Source: Macrostomum lignano (taxonomy: Eukaryota). Taken from it: a stretch of 64,000 nucleotides of DNA. A program made the translations under genes and the position numbers. Below the pieces are notes generated by a model. It saw only the letters and a program-made list of their open reading frames with translations, did not search any database and was not told the DNA's origin. Positions 24,378-36,535 of the stretch are shown here, piece after piece. Location: positions 124,001-188,000 of the forward strand of contig NIVC01000525.1 of NCBI GenBank assembly GCA_002269645.1. Direction: 5' to 3'. Every line of letters begins with the position of its first letter. Within the stretch, counting starts at the first letter, position 1.

Positions 24378-25693
24378 CTGTCAAGCGCACTGGCCCGCAG
24401 CGAGTCCCGGAGGTAATCGAAGCCTCGTATCGCAAGCTGAGGAACCAGCTGGCTCAACATTTGCGAGTTGGTCGACTTGCTCAGGCGCAGGAGTGTCTAG
24501 AAGGACTAGAGAAGCTGTTCTTGGCTGAAGACCTAGAACCCCGCAGGTGGTTGTCCGATGCGATAGGAGTTGCGCTTAGTTTCATCGCGTCAGACGTGTC
24601 GCCGCGGAAGCATCGCCAGGGGTCGACCAGAAGGGGCCGTCGAGTTTTGTCAAACGAAGCGCTGACCGCATCGATCGGCTTCGTGTTGTCCTGTATTAAG
24701 AGGCGGGACCTCTTGGACGGTGGGGTGTTGCTAATGAAGCTGCGCGAGCTAACAGTGTTTGTAGCCCCGGACCAGGGGTGTGAAGATCGGGCGGAGAAGA
24801 GCGTCGATGAGGTCAACGCCGCGGACGTCCTCGACCTGGACTGCCCGCAAGAGGATCTGGGCGGTGATGCTGCAGATGACCTACTGGGAAGTGCGACCTC
24901 GTCGGAAGAAGCTCGGACGGACGAACTGATAGATGCGCACGCCTTCTTGTTGCGTCTGAACGCATGGGCCGGTGGTCTGTTTCTAGACGGCATGAAAGTC
25001 TGTGTCACGGTGGTAAATTCGCCATTCTATCTTCGACCTTCGAATGCCGCAACCGCTCGACTAATCGAAGACACTCGAGTCCACTTCGCGCTTGGCCTGA
25101 GGGCCGCTGCAGCGCCGCTTGCACCTGTATTAGAAGCAAATCTGCGGCGTTTCGTTGCGGGCTAGTGGCCGAGGGTAGTAGCCATCGGAGAAGCGGAGCT
25201 GGACAGGCGAACGGGCACGATTGAGTGGGATCAGCAGGAGGCCGCATTGCGGCTACAGGTGCAGCTTGCAAAGGGGCGGGATCTACCCCTGCTGGTCCAG
25301 CTGCGCGAGAAACGGAGCGGCCGTATCGAGTCAGATGGGACGGCCTGGCATCAATTCTTACGGCTTTTGGTCGAGTGCGGCTTTGAGAACGGACGCATCT
25401 TGGTGACCGAGTCGTCAGATTGGCCGGGTGATCGTCTTGAGCTCTACCTGGCGTCGTTACCGGGACTCAAGTTTGAGTTCACTGCTCGGGTCACGCACAG
25501 TCGCTGGCATGCCAAGCGAGTCGACAGGATACTGCTGGAACGCCTGCTCGTCGCGTTGTCTGCGCCGTTCTCGGGGAATCCGGGGAAGCCGACTGATGTC
25601 CGGGCAGCGGCGGCCTGGTTAGCGGAAGTGCGTCGTGACTTTTCCCTGTTGGCTCAGCTAGTTGCAAATGCGCGTGAATTTTATAAACTTTGA
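24374..25693 (+). CDS. Accessory ORF of unknown function (~439 codons, one in-frame TAG at 25163-65)
   Basis: ORF-track ORFs 24374-25165 and 25247-25693 are in the same frame, with no stop between 25166 and 25246; ATG overlaps the J-ORF stop (ATGA). Confidence 0.6.
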
Positions 25694-25804
25694 AGGGGTG
25701 ATTTGGGTGCAGCTAATTCTAATTCGGTTTTGTCAGTTCTTGTAATCCTGTTCAAATAATTTTCAGTCTATGGTATGAACCCACTTTTTGTGGTGGGGTT
25801 GTGG

Positions 25805-26554
25805 TGTTGTGCCCAACTGCACTTGCACCGATGAGCAATCTCTGGCTCTCGGTCAAGTGTGCCCGGCACTGCACTCCCACCCCTCCCGGCCGCGTGCCTG
25901 CGTCAACCCACCCCCCCTTTCTGACTGCGCCAACCCCCCCCCCCCCAGTTGTGTGTCAGCCCCTTATTATCTGCTCCCTTTTTCTTATTATGCCTTCCCA
26001 GCCGGATTGGCTGGCCTTGCCCCTCTGCCCCCCCCTTTTTGAGCACTTGTCAATTCCCCCCTTTTTTTGCTATATGCGCTACCCCTCCCTCAAAGGTGAT
26101 TGGCCAACAAGTTGGTATTGCTCTGGGTTGTTGATAATGCTGTCTGGCGTGAAACCCTAGGGCTTACGCCAGGCAGCCTAAATAAATAGAGAACTGCTGG
26201 TGGCGGGGGGGGGGCAAGGTGAGCGGTTGCTGTTGACGTCTGCCACTACAGAATCAATAAACTTCAACTGTGATATCGAAATCTCAATACTACTATACAA
26301 CCGAATTCGCCGCCTTGCCCACCGCCGTGCTGATTGGAAGTCATAAGTAAGACTCGCGTCTGTATTTATTAATCATTTGGGACTCGTGTAAAGTGGGTAC
26401 CGTACGCTCTAGGGACGGACTGATTGCCTTACCTCACGCGATCCCACGCTCAGTAGCGGAGTCAGTCCGGTCAGCGGGCTGACGCCAACTCTCAGGCTCG
26501 TTCGCTGTAGAATATTCTTAGGAAGCTGGTACGATCACGTGCAGTGGCACAACA
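25805..26554 (+). repeat. 3' LTR (750 bp)
   Basis: Direct repeat of the 5' LTR plus a ~56-bp extra segment (25952-26007). Confidence 0.93.
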
Positions 26555-28423
26555 ATCGTAAACAAAAGATGAGGGGGGATTTTGATGCCCTCGATTTGGA
26601 ATGAGCAGCATGGTTTTCTGCATGTCACTATTTGTTGCATTTGACATGCTTTCCTACAGCCAGCTTTTGGTTCACAATCATTTCAATTCAATGAGCAACA
26701 CATGTAGGTGATCGTAAACCGAAGACCTGGAATATAAGCTACGACAGTCTTACCATCTTTTAAAATAAACAAAGTCAGTTCGCCAACTTTTGATTTCTTT
26801 TCATTGGAAACCACCGTCAGGTTTTATGTCTCACAACTGTTTTTAGTGGTGATCGTCACTGTTTGAGGTGATTGTTAACCAAAGGAATGCCAAAAATCTT
26901 AGATCTATCATTGTGCTATAATGGCAAATGTTCTTAATCTTATAGGGCCTACTAGGCCTAATTGAGTAACTAATAAGCAATAAATTGCTTGTCTCAGACT
27001 TAGTCTTATAATAATAGATTAATCTATCCAATATAGGCCTATTAGGCCGGTTCCTAGTCATTTCGTCATCATCTCGGGTGTCTGGGGTGCTCACCTCGAC
27101 TAGGGTCAGTTCGTCATCTTAATTAGCATGCACTACCTGAAGAGAGTCATTTCGTCATCCACCAATCATATTAGTTCTAGGGGCCTAACTTCCAAGTGAA
27201 TTAATGTGGCAACTAAACATATTTATTTGGAATCCTAATTATCCCAGTCATTTTGTCATCTCGATTGATAAAACCTGTCGATCGATCGGTTCTGCTTGCT
27301 GCACCTTATAGTTAAAAAAAAGCAAAAAATAGTTTTACACTAACTCGAATCTTACACGATTAATTGGTTGATGACGAAGTATCCAGCATCTGCATAACTA
27401 AATATTTGGTCACTTCGTCATATTATTTTTCAAAGCTACTTTGCTTCTGGTAACTTCCTCATCTGATATGACGAAATGGAATATGACGATCTGACCAGTG
27501 ACCATTAGGCCTAATATAAGAACTCCAATGAGATTTAAAAATTCGGCCTTATTTTTTAATATTTTTATTTAATTTGATAAATCTAATTTGTATAAATACA
27601 AAGAAAAATTGGTCAAGTCATCAAAAGCTTACAAAATTTATATTAAAAAATTGTTTTTTTATTGTGTATTTTCCATTACTAGGCATTGTCATTTGCTCTT
27701 TAAATCATTTTTGCTTAAAAACTTCTTTTTGCTATTTTTGTTTAAATTTGTTTAACTAGGCCTAACTTCTATGCCTAGCCTAGTTTGTCATCTTTTTGCT
27801 TTTTATCATTTATTTATTCATGAACATTAGGCCTAGGCTTAATATAGCCAAAATAGTCAAAACTTTTGCAACAAAGCCTAAATTGCTAAAATTAAAAAGG
27901 TCAGTCTTAAACCTAAAATTAAAAAACCCAATGCCAAAATGAATACTAAGATGCAAAGTGGCATTAATAAAAAGTTTAAAAATTAAGAATATTCCTATAT
28001 CTTTAATTTGCTCCTAATATTGCTCTGACTTTGAGCTTCTAACCTAAGTCCTAAATTCCCAATGTACTGCATTGCTAGTCTATTCAATTCTATCTCATTT
28101 TAGATCAACCATGGACAATTTAATTCTTTTTTAAGTTTGGTAAATTTGGTATTAATCTAAAAAACAGGGTGTCAATTTGGTATTAAAGGTCCAAATCTAA
28201 GATGTCAAAAAATCAGGATGCCATGGCACTCATGCCAAAAAACCAGATAGATGCCAAGCAAACATTCTAAAATATGAGGCAATATATTGTGCCATAGGCC
28301 TAGCTAAAATCTTATGCATCTTGGCTAATTGGCAAATTTGAATTTTCAATGTGATTTAATAATATAACATATTTTCTGAGATGATGCTTACTGTATTATA
28401 TTTGCTAGATATATATATGACAC

Positions 28424-29215
28424 TTGTCATATAGCAATTAGTATAGCTACAACATGGCCCTTAGCATATGGTAGGCTACTTTAGCATTCATTTAACAAGG
28501 CTTGTGATATAGCAATTAGTATAGCTACAACATGGCCCTTAGCATATAGTAGGCTACTTTAGCACCATTTAACAAGGCTTGTCATATAGCAATTAGTATA
28601 GCTACAACATGGCCCTTAGCATATGGTAGGCTACTTTAGCACCATTTAACAAGGCTTGTCATATAGCAATTAGTATAGCTACAACATGGCCCTTAGCATA
28701 TGGTAGGCTACTTTAGCACCATTTAACAAGGCTTGTCATATAGCAATTAGTATAGGCCTAGCTACAACATGGCCCTTAGCATATGGTAGGCTACTTTAGC
28801 ACCATTTAACAAGGCTTGTCATATAGCAATTAGTATAGCTACAACATGGCCCTTAGCATATGGTAGGCTACTTTAGCACCATTTAACAAGGCTTGTCATA
28901 TAGCAATTAGTATAGCTACAACATGGCCCTTAGCATATGGTAGGCTACTTTAGCACCATTTAACAAGGCTTGTCATATAGCAATTAGTATAGGCCTAGCT
29001 ACAACATGGCCCTTAGCATATGGTAGGCTACTTTAGCACCATTTAAAAAGGCTTGTCATATAGCAATTAGTATAGCTACAACATGGCCCTTAGCAAATGG
29101 TAGGCTACTTTAGCACCATTTAACAAGGCTTGTCATATAGCAATTAGTATAGCTACAACATGGCCCTTAGCATATGGTAGGCTACTTTAGCACCATTTAA
29201 CAAGGCTTGCTACAA
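28424..29215. repeat. 77-bp tandem repeat (~10 copies, some with a 7-bp insertion)
   Basis: CTTGTCATATAGCAATTAGTATAGCTACAACATGG...CATTTAACAAGG, period 77. Confidence 0.92.
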
Positions 29216-29745
29216 CAAGATTTTTTGAGAAAAACTTCAAAAAAGCTTCAAAGCTTTCAAAAAGAGCTTTTTAGACTTCAGAAAGAGGAAGTAAAAAAAT
29301 TATATATAAGACTTTCCTCTCTCTTTCTCTACTTGGTCAATCTAAGACCCTTTGATATAATCTTCATACATCAGCTTTGGAAATGACACCTTGGCAAATT
29401 TCTGCTAGAATTATTATTCAAATAGAGACAATGATATAGGCTTATAATATAAGCATGGGTCTTATTTGATATAAAACCCATGAATCTTTGTCAAAATCGT
29501 CAATAAATTTTTAGTATATGGAGTTGCATAGACATGTTGATTAAAAAAATTTAATTTTCGCAATTAAATAAATGATGGAATTTCCTAGGACTATATGCCT
29601 ACACTAAGGGTTATTTCCCCAAAACAGTATTTGGTCTGTAAAAATTTAGCCATGCAATTCCTTATATTGAAAATATTTGCATTATTTCATGGCTGACAAA
29701 CAGCAGCTACATGTGTTGGGTGTGCATTAGATAGAGCTTCACTGG

Positions 29746-31518
29746 ATGCTGAAGCGGCGCATCATCATCCGGGACCTGGTGCTGCCAGGCCACATCAAGC
29801 GGGCTCGCCAGTCCAATGATGGCAACGAATCGGGCTCGGATGGCGAAGTTTGGCCCAGCGTCCAGCGCCTCCTGACGCTGTTCCCAGCTGACAGCTTCAA
29901 GCCAGCTCTGCCCCGCATCGCCTTGAAGCACCAGCTGTACAGCCTCTGTCTGCGACGGGCTTGCATCGATCAGGAGCTTCAGCAGCTGCGCGACTCCGGC
30001 CGGCTGCGAATGTTTAAAATTGGCGGCGAAACTGACGAAAGATTCGCTCTGATGCTGTCTGAAGAATTCGAAGCTTTTGCCCGGACTCGGCAAGGCCGCC
30101 TGCCAGATGTGGTCTTCAGTGAGCGCCAGTTCACTGTGTACTTTTATGTAATTCAGGTGCATTAGCATCTGACACAGACTGTATCAGCAGGTGCATTGGC
30201 ATCTGACACAGTGTAAACAGGTGTATTAGCATCTGACACAGAGAGTGTCAGCAGGTGCATTGGCATCTGACACAGTGTAAACAGGTGTATTAGCATCTGA
30301 CACAGACTGTATCAGCAGGTGCATTGGCATCTGACACAGACTGTATCAGCAGGTGCATTGGCATCTGACACAGTGTAAACAGGTGTATTAGCATCTGACA
30401 CAGACTGTATCAGCAGGTGCATTGGCATCTGACAGTTTTTCAGCAGGTGCATTAGCATTTGAGGCATGGTTTAAAAGTTGAATACTTAAATACGAGTACA
30501 AAGCATCATTTAATTGCATACACCAACCACTGCCAGGAAGGTACCTCAATCTGGTGCTTCGTGAGACCACAGACCTCAGTGTGACCCCGGGCCCGAATCT
30601 GCCCTTCTCTGATACGGAAATCTCCGATCTGGTGCAGGCCGGCTTCCTCACTGTGCGCGACTTCGGCTGCTACTGGGTGGCCTGTCCTGACATGGGCCGC
30701 TTTGTCAGCGTCTACCGAAAGATGCGCGTCAGGATTCTGCGGACTGTACGCCGCACCAAGTTCAAGGAGATGCTGCGCTCGGTAGGTTGCTAGGATTTAT
30801 TTGCATGGCTTCGCTGAAGTATTCAAAATCACACGAGCCGAACTGCAGTGTTTTGCTGAGACCTCTCCAAATGTTGCTCGGGCCGCCAGCCTCCCAGATC
30901 CTCAGTTGCTGAGCCAGCCTCCCAGATCCTCAGTTGCTGAGCCAGCCTCCCAGATCCTCAGTTGCTGAGCCAGCGTCCCAGATCCTTAGTTGCTGAGCCA
31001 GCCTCCCAGATCCTCAGTTGCTGAGCCAGCCTCCCAGATCCTCAGTTGCTGATCCAGCCTCTCAGATCCTCAGTTGCTGAGCCAGCCTCCCAGATCCTCA
31101 GTTGCTGAGCCAGCGTCCCAGATCCTCAGTTGCTGAGCCAGCCTCTCAGATCCTCAGTTGCTGAGCCAGCCTCCCAGATCCTCAGTTGCTGAGCCAACCT
31201 CCCAGATCCTCAGCTGCTGAGCCAACCCCCCAGATCCTCAGTTGCTGAGCCAGCCTCCCAGATCCTCAGTTGCTGGGCCAGCCTCCCAAATCCTCAGTTG
31301 CTGGGCGGCCACCCTCAACAGTCTGGGCCGGTAAATTTTATCCAAGCTGATCATGTGTAACGAATCCTAATGAAAGACCCGCCTCCCATTTCCAGGAGCT
31401 GGAGACCCGCCTGCCGCAGTCGTCTCCGCCTTTAGAGTACATGATGCACGATCTGGTTGGCGATGGCACTCTCCGGGCCATCGATACAACCTCCGGCGTG
31501 CTCTATCGACTGCCGTAG
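29746..31518 (+). CDS. STK19: STK19-like protein (winged-helix DNA-repair factor), 246 aa; exons 29746-30118, 30537-30781, 31396-31518
   Basis: GT-AG introns with consistent phases (1, 0). LFPADSFKPALPRIALKHQLYSL, FSDTEISDLVQAGFLTVRDFGCYWVACP, HDLVGDGTLRAIDTTSGVLYRLP match STK19. Confidence 0.88.
30160..30450. repeat. ~30-34-bp intronic minisatellite (GCATCTGACACAG core)
   Basis: Direct; STK19 intron 1. Confidence 0.85.
30886..31305. repeat. 28-bp intronic minisatellite (GCCAGCCTCCCAGATCCTCAGTTGCTGA)n
   Basis: Direct; STK19 intron 2. Confidence 0.92.
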
Positions 31519-31985
31519 TAGAGTGATTGAAGTTTTTGTAACTCGGAAAATCCATTGTGCAATTTTGTCATTGAATGTTTCTCTTTTTATTGGCTCTAAA
31601 ATGCGTTGTGCGTTGCTGTTTTAACTCAGCCAAAATATAACTTACCTAGCTTTGCTATGCTGCTACCGGTATGTATGTATTCTCAATATGCCTTTGATAG
31701 CTAAATATGCCTTGATTATAGCTACTCCAGCTGGTTGTCTGTAAGCCGACTCTCTTTTAGACAGTAATTTCTTTGTTTGTCCGTTGTACTCATATTCTAT
31801 CAATTTTTGTTTGTTTGTTGTTGTCGTTTCTCCAAGCCTGAGGCCCGCACACAGCCTGCTAGTTTTGTTGCGGCACACGGAGAGTCTCGCAGCCCGCAGT
31901 CTTTCCTGTGTACATAACAGAACTGCTTGCGCCCCGCTGCGCTTGGTCTGTCTAGTCTGATTTTCCAGCACAGCTTCCTCACTGG

Positions 31986-32008
31986 CTGTGTCTGTCTGTG
32001 CGTCTGCC

Positions 32009-32065
<57 letters not shown>

Positions 32066-32080
32066 GCCTGCCTGCCTGCC

Positions 32081-32113
<33 letters not shown>

Positions 32114-32132
32114 GTCTGTCTGCCTGCCTGCC

Positions 32133-32169
<37 letters not shown>

Positions 32170-32204
32170 GTCTGTCTGCCTGCCTGCCTGTCTGTCTGCC
32201 TGCC

Positions 32205-32241
<37 letters not shown>

Positions 32242-32368
32242 GTCTGTCTGCCTGCCTGCCTGTCTGTCTGTCTGTCTGTGTGACTGTCTGTCTGTCTGCC
32301 TGCCTGCCTGCCTGCCTGTCTGTCTGTCTGCCTGCCTGTCTGCCTGCCTGTCTGCCTGCCTGTCTGTC
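31986..32368. repeat. Compound (TGTC)/(TGCC) microsatellite
   Basis: Direct. Confidence 0.95.
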
Positions 32369-32687
32369 TCACTATTATTTCACCGATCTAAGCCCGGTTT
32401 TACCGTATCTTGCGATTTCAACACTACTGATTTGATAAATACAGATTGTAGTAGTTTTAAAAATATACAGTCGCAGTTTTTGTTCCTTTTCTGACTTTAA
32501 ATAGTTGATAGTGTGTGAATTATAGTATCTTATTATTGATTTTAGATTGATTGGCACTCTTACGAACGCACTCAATTGGTGTATTTTGTTGGTTCAGTTG
32601 TAGCCAGCTGGAATAATATAAATTTTGCAGGTGAAATCGGGTACTCGTAGCTTGTACTGTACCAAGCTGCTGTAGATTATAGCGATT

Positions 32688-32818
32688 CGCGGTAGTTTGT
32701 AAGTGTAGACTGGTAGATTGCCCTAAGCCGCGGTAGTTTGTAAGTGTAAGCTGGTAGATCGCCCTAGGCCGCGGTAGTTTGTAAGTGTAAGCTGGTAGAT
32801 CGCCCTAGGCCGCGGTAG
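32688..32818. repeat. 41-bp repeat x3 just upstream of TMEM11
   Basis: GCGGTAGTTTGTAAGTGTAAGCTGGTAGATCGCCCTAGGCC. Confidence 0.85.
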
Positions 32819-32884
32819 AGTGTAGCAAGTTGCAATTTCCATAGGCAGCCCATTAGCCCCCGCCAACGCTCCTCGCCGTGCTTC

Positions 32885-34236
32885 ATGTGGAGGAGGCGGG
32901 CAGGCATGTCGTCCGCTCACACATTCGCCGTTATTCGCGGCGACTCGCCAACACCGTCGTCGCGCGGCTCCGAGTCTAATGGCGAGAACGGCAACGGCAA
33001 TAGCAACGGTGGCCATGGCAACGGAAGTAGCGGCCTTAGCAACTCCAGCTACGAGGAATTCGAAGCGAAACTGGACGCTGCTGCAATCGAGGGCGTCGGG
33101 GTCATCATTGTGGAGCCGGCGCTGCTGGGCTGCGCCACTGCCAGGTGGATCGCCTGCGGCAACTTCCTCCACAAATCTGCCGTTCTGTCGGCTCTTGGCG
33201 CCTCCTGTTGCGCTGGCCTCGGCGCCTGGGGCTGCGGCGCCGCTTTTGCCGCTTCAAGTTGCGCCTCCGCTGGCGCCTACGAACTGCTCTGGGCCTGCGA
33301 CCCAGTGTCCTGGTGCGGCTGGCTGGACTGCGCTTGAATTAGACCTGTGTCTTCCCCTATCTACCCTGTGTCTTCCCCTATCTACCCCTGTCTCTGCACT
33401 ATCTACCCTGTGTCTTCCCCTATCTACCCCTGTCTCTGCCCTATCTACCCTGTGTCTTCCCCTATCTACCCCTGTCTCTGCCCTATCTACCCTGTGTCTT
33501 CCCCTATCTACCTTGTGTCTTCCCCTATCTACCCTGTGTCTTCCCCTATCTACCTTGTGTCTTCCCCTATCTACCCTGTCTCTTCCCTATCTACCCTGTG
33601 TCTTCCCCTATCTACCCCTGTCTCTTCCCTATCTACCCCGTGTCTTCCCCTATCTACCTTGTGTCTTCCCCTATCTACCCTGTCTCTTCCCTATCTACCC
33701 TTGTCTTGGCCTATCTACCCTGTGTCTTCCCCTATCTACCCCTGTCTCTTCCCTATCTACCCTTGTCTCTTCCCTATCTACCCCTGTCTCTTCCCTATCT
33801 ACCCTTGTCTCTTCCCTATCTACCCCTGTCTCTTCCCTATCTACCCTTGTCTCTTCCCTATCTACCCCTGTCTCTTCCCTATCTACCCCTGTCTCTTCCC
33901 TATCTACCCCTGTCTCTTCCCTATCTACCCTTGTCTCTTCCCTATCTACCCCTGTCTCTTCCCAATCTACACCTGCCTTTCCACCATCTTTAACCATACT
34001 GTGTCCGTATCTATCCATATTTTGTATAATCAGGTATAATCCAGTCCCGCCACTCGCCCAGGTACCAAGTGGAGCGGGACCTGTCTCAGCTGCGCTACAC
34101 CTTGCCCTACGCGAAGCTGTCCGCTCCCTGTGTCACCGTGCTGCGCCGTCGCGACACAACCAGACGGCGGGTGCTGCACTGCACCGCCGCTCTCATCGCT
34201 GCTGGGTTGGCCGCCTACTGGCTGAGCACTCGCTGA
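32885..34236 (+). CDS. TMEM11: TMEM11 mitochondrial membrane protein; exons 32885-33312, 34062-34236
   Basis: IIVEPALLGCATARWIACGNFLHKSAVL and WACDPVSW|YQVE...VTVLRRRDTTRRRVLHCTAAL match TMEM11 ([38 protein letters not shown]). Phase-2 GT-AG intron. Confidence 0.88.
33343..33975. repeat. 21-22-bp intronic minisatellite (CCCTGTCTCTTCCCTATCTAC)n
   Basis: Fills the TMEM11 intron. Confidence 0.93.
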
Positions 34237-34392
34237 TCTTTGTGGAGGGACAGACTCTAGCCTGGGCCTTTGTCGCTATGACCCGAATTAGTAGGCTGTG
34301 CAAAGAGTCCTCTGTGCGGTCCGCTTATTTACTGATCGCAGGCGAATTGCTGCCTGTGTTTAATTTATTGCTCACAAGGTGTAGTGTCTCAG

Positions 34393-34875
34393 CCCTGAGA
34401 ATCCCCTCCAACCCACCCCTGAGAATCCCCTCCAACCCACCCCTGAGAATCCCCTCCAACCCACCCCTGAGAATCCCCTCCAACCCACCCCTGTGAATCA
34501 CCTCCAACCCACCCCTGAGAATCCCCTCCAACCCACCCCTGAGAATCACCTCCAACCCACCCCTGAGAATCCCCTCCAACCCACCCCTGAGAATCACCTC
34601 CAACCCACCCCTGAGAATCACCTCCAACCCACCCCTGAGAATCCCCTCCAACCCACCCCTGAGAATCACCTCCAACCCACCCCTGAGAATCACCTCCAAC
34701 CCACTCCTGAGAATCGCCTCCAACCCACCCCTGAGAATCACCTCCAACCCACCCCTGAGAATCACCTCCAACCCACCCCTGAGAGTCGCCCCTACCAATG
34801 CCTGAGGGTCGCCTCCAACCAATGCCTGGGGGTCGCCTCCAACCCACCCCTGAGAGTTGTCTCCAACCCACGCCT
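34393..34875. repeat. 24-bp minisatellite (CCTGAGAATCCCCTCCAACCCACC)n
   Basis: Direct. Confidence 0.92.
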
Positions 34876-36535
34876 GAGAATCGGCGGTCCCTTGAAATTG
34901 GTGCAACTGAGGATGAATTCCATTTAGTTTGCCTATTGTATTTGGCAGAATTTGAGCATATCAACAGAATTGATCATCAATCATTGATTCGTGATTTTCC
35001 TGAACTCGTTGCAGTAGCTATAATGTTCGCAAATAATTTATTAATATTACTACTTACTAACTAGCATTAGTAGTATAGAAGTTTCACAGGTAGTACTGTA
35101 GCCTTAAAGTTGCCGTCATTTTCCCGGTTAAAACAATCATAAATTAATTGAAAAAATTCGGCCCCACCTCAGCGATCACTGGTTTCTGCTCACGCATTCA
35201 AAGCATTTTCTGTTCACGTTTAACTTAAAAACTCAATGTAATATCATCTCTTACTGGTATCATGCGCGTGGCAAATCTCTGATATTGCTGTTGTATTGGT
35301 CGGTTTGAAATGTAAGAAATATACTATAACTACTGCTAGTAGCTACTTTGTATAGTAGTTCATAGTCATCTATTTTTGATAGCTATTTTAGCTCATATTT
35401 AGTTTTGGTCTTTTTGTTGCAATTAGTTTTCTATTTTTGTCATCATGGTTACTTGGTTCGAATTCCCGCCAAAAAAATTGATTGATTCTTCGGTTGATTC
35501 CAGCTGGAATCAGCAGTAATTTCGGATGATTCCACAGAATGGAAACAGCCGAAGTTGAGAATCAACTGAACCAACATATTCCAGATGATTCCAGGTAAAG
35601 AATCAGCCGAATTTAATGGAAGGAATCTGCCAATTTAGGAATCAGCTTAATAGGACGATTCCACTTAAGGAATCAGCTAAATGTAGCTAAAGGAATCAAC
35701 CCACCTATAGGAAGGAAACTGTCAATACAGGGAATCAGCGCAGTCAGATGTTTCTAGGACAAGAATCACTCTGGGAATCAATTCAACCGCTGTTCTACTT
35801 TTGTCTTGCATAGTGATAGAATCGTGAGATTTACTCATTTCAATCGGGAAAAAATGGTAGATTGATATTAAATTTCACGCGGGCACCCTGTGGGATTGTT
35901 GTTGTGTTGTTGTCAAATACATTGTTTTTTTATGATGACAATGATGGTGCTTGGTGGTTTTGTCAACCACGTTTTTTGCTTATTGACTGAAATCGTGCTG
36001 TCTCATGTGCTTCCGCTGAAAAGTGGTCTTATTTTTCCCGATACATGTACAAGAAACTACTTGTAAAAGTAGCTGCACAGTAAATTATTCGGGTCTCAAA
36101 GTGGTTGATCTGCTAGGGTTGGGGATGCATCCGACACTGCTAAAGGACATTAATTTTTTATTACAAGCACCTTAGAGTTTTCTTAATGTAGAGTCAGTCC
36201 TGTGATCAACCCGGAGTACTCCGTAGTACTACGTAGTAAGAATCGTCCGACTGAGCTGAGGAATCAACCAGCAGTCGCGGGAATCAACTGAGGAATCAAC
36301 CAGGAGTCGCGGAATCAGCCGCAGAAGAAGACAATGTTCGGCTGTTTCTTTGGCTGATTCCGCACAATTAAATGTCACATGGGCTGTTTCCTCGGTTGAT
36401 TCCTGTACACACTGCGGATATAAGGCACGAATACGGTTGATTCCGGTTGAAATGTGCAGAGAAGAAACAGCCGAATTTTTTACAGGGTTTAGAAATGCAA
36501 CAATAAATTCATGTAAATTTGTTAATATGATGCGG

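Larger units (their letters stand above)
18745..26554 (+). mobile_element. Full-length Ty3/gypsy LTR retrotransposon (decayed) with accessory J-domain cassette
   Basis: LTRs 18745-19446 and 25805-26554 with TGTTGTG..CACAACA termini; 4-bp TSD ATCG (18741-44, 26555-58); PBS; gag-RT-RNaseH-INT order. Confidence 0.95.

Noticed and set aside
24481-25008. Antisense 175-aa ORF in the cassette
   Set aside because: Shadow frame of a GC-rich sense ORF; no recognisable features.
24374-25693. env/fusion glycoprotein, or LxCxE motif
   Set aside because: No signal peptide, TM segment or furin/fusion pattern; LDCPQE does not fit LxCxE spacing.
31836-31916. Possible alternative last exon of STK19 (CCAAG|CCTGAG..TAA)
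   Set aside because: Good acceptor, but the peptide has no homology and would remove the conserved C-terminus; needs RNA evidence.
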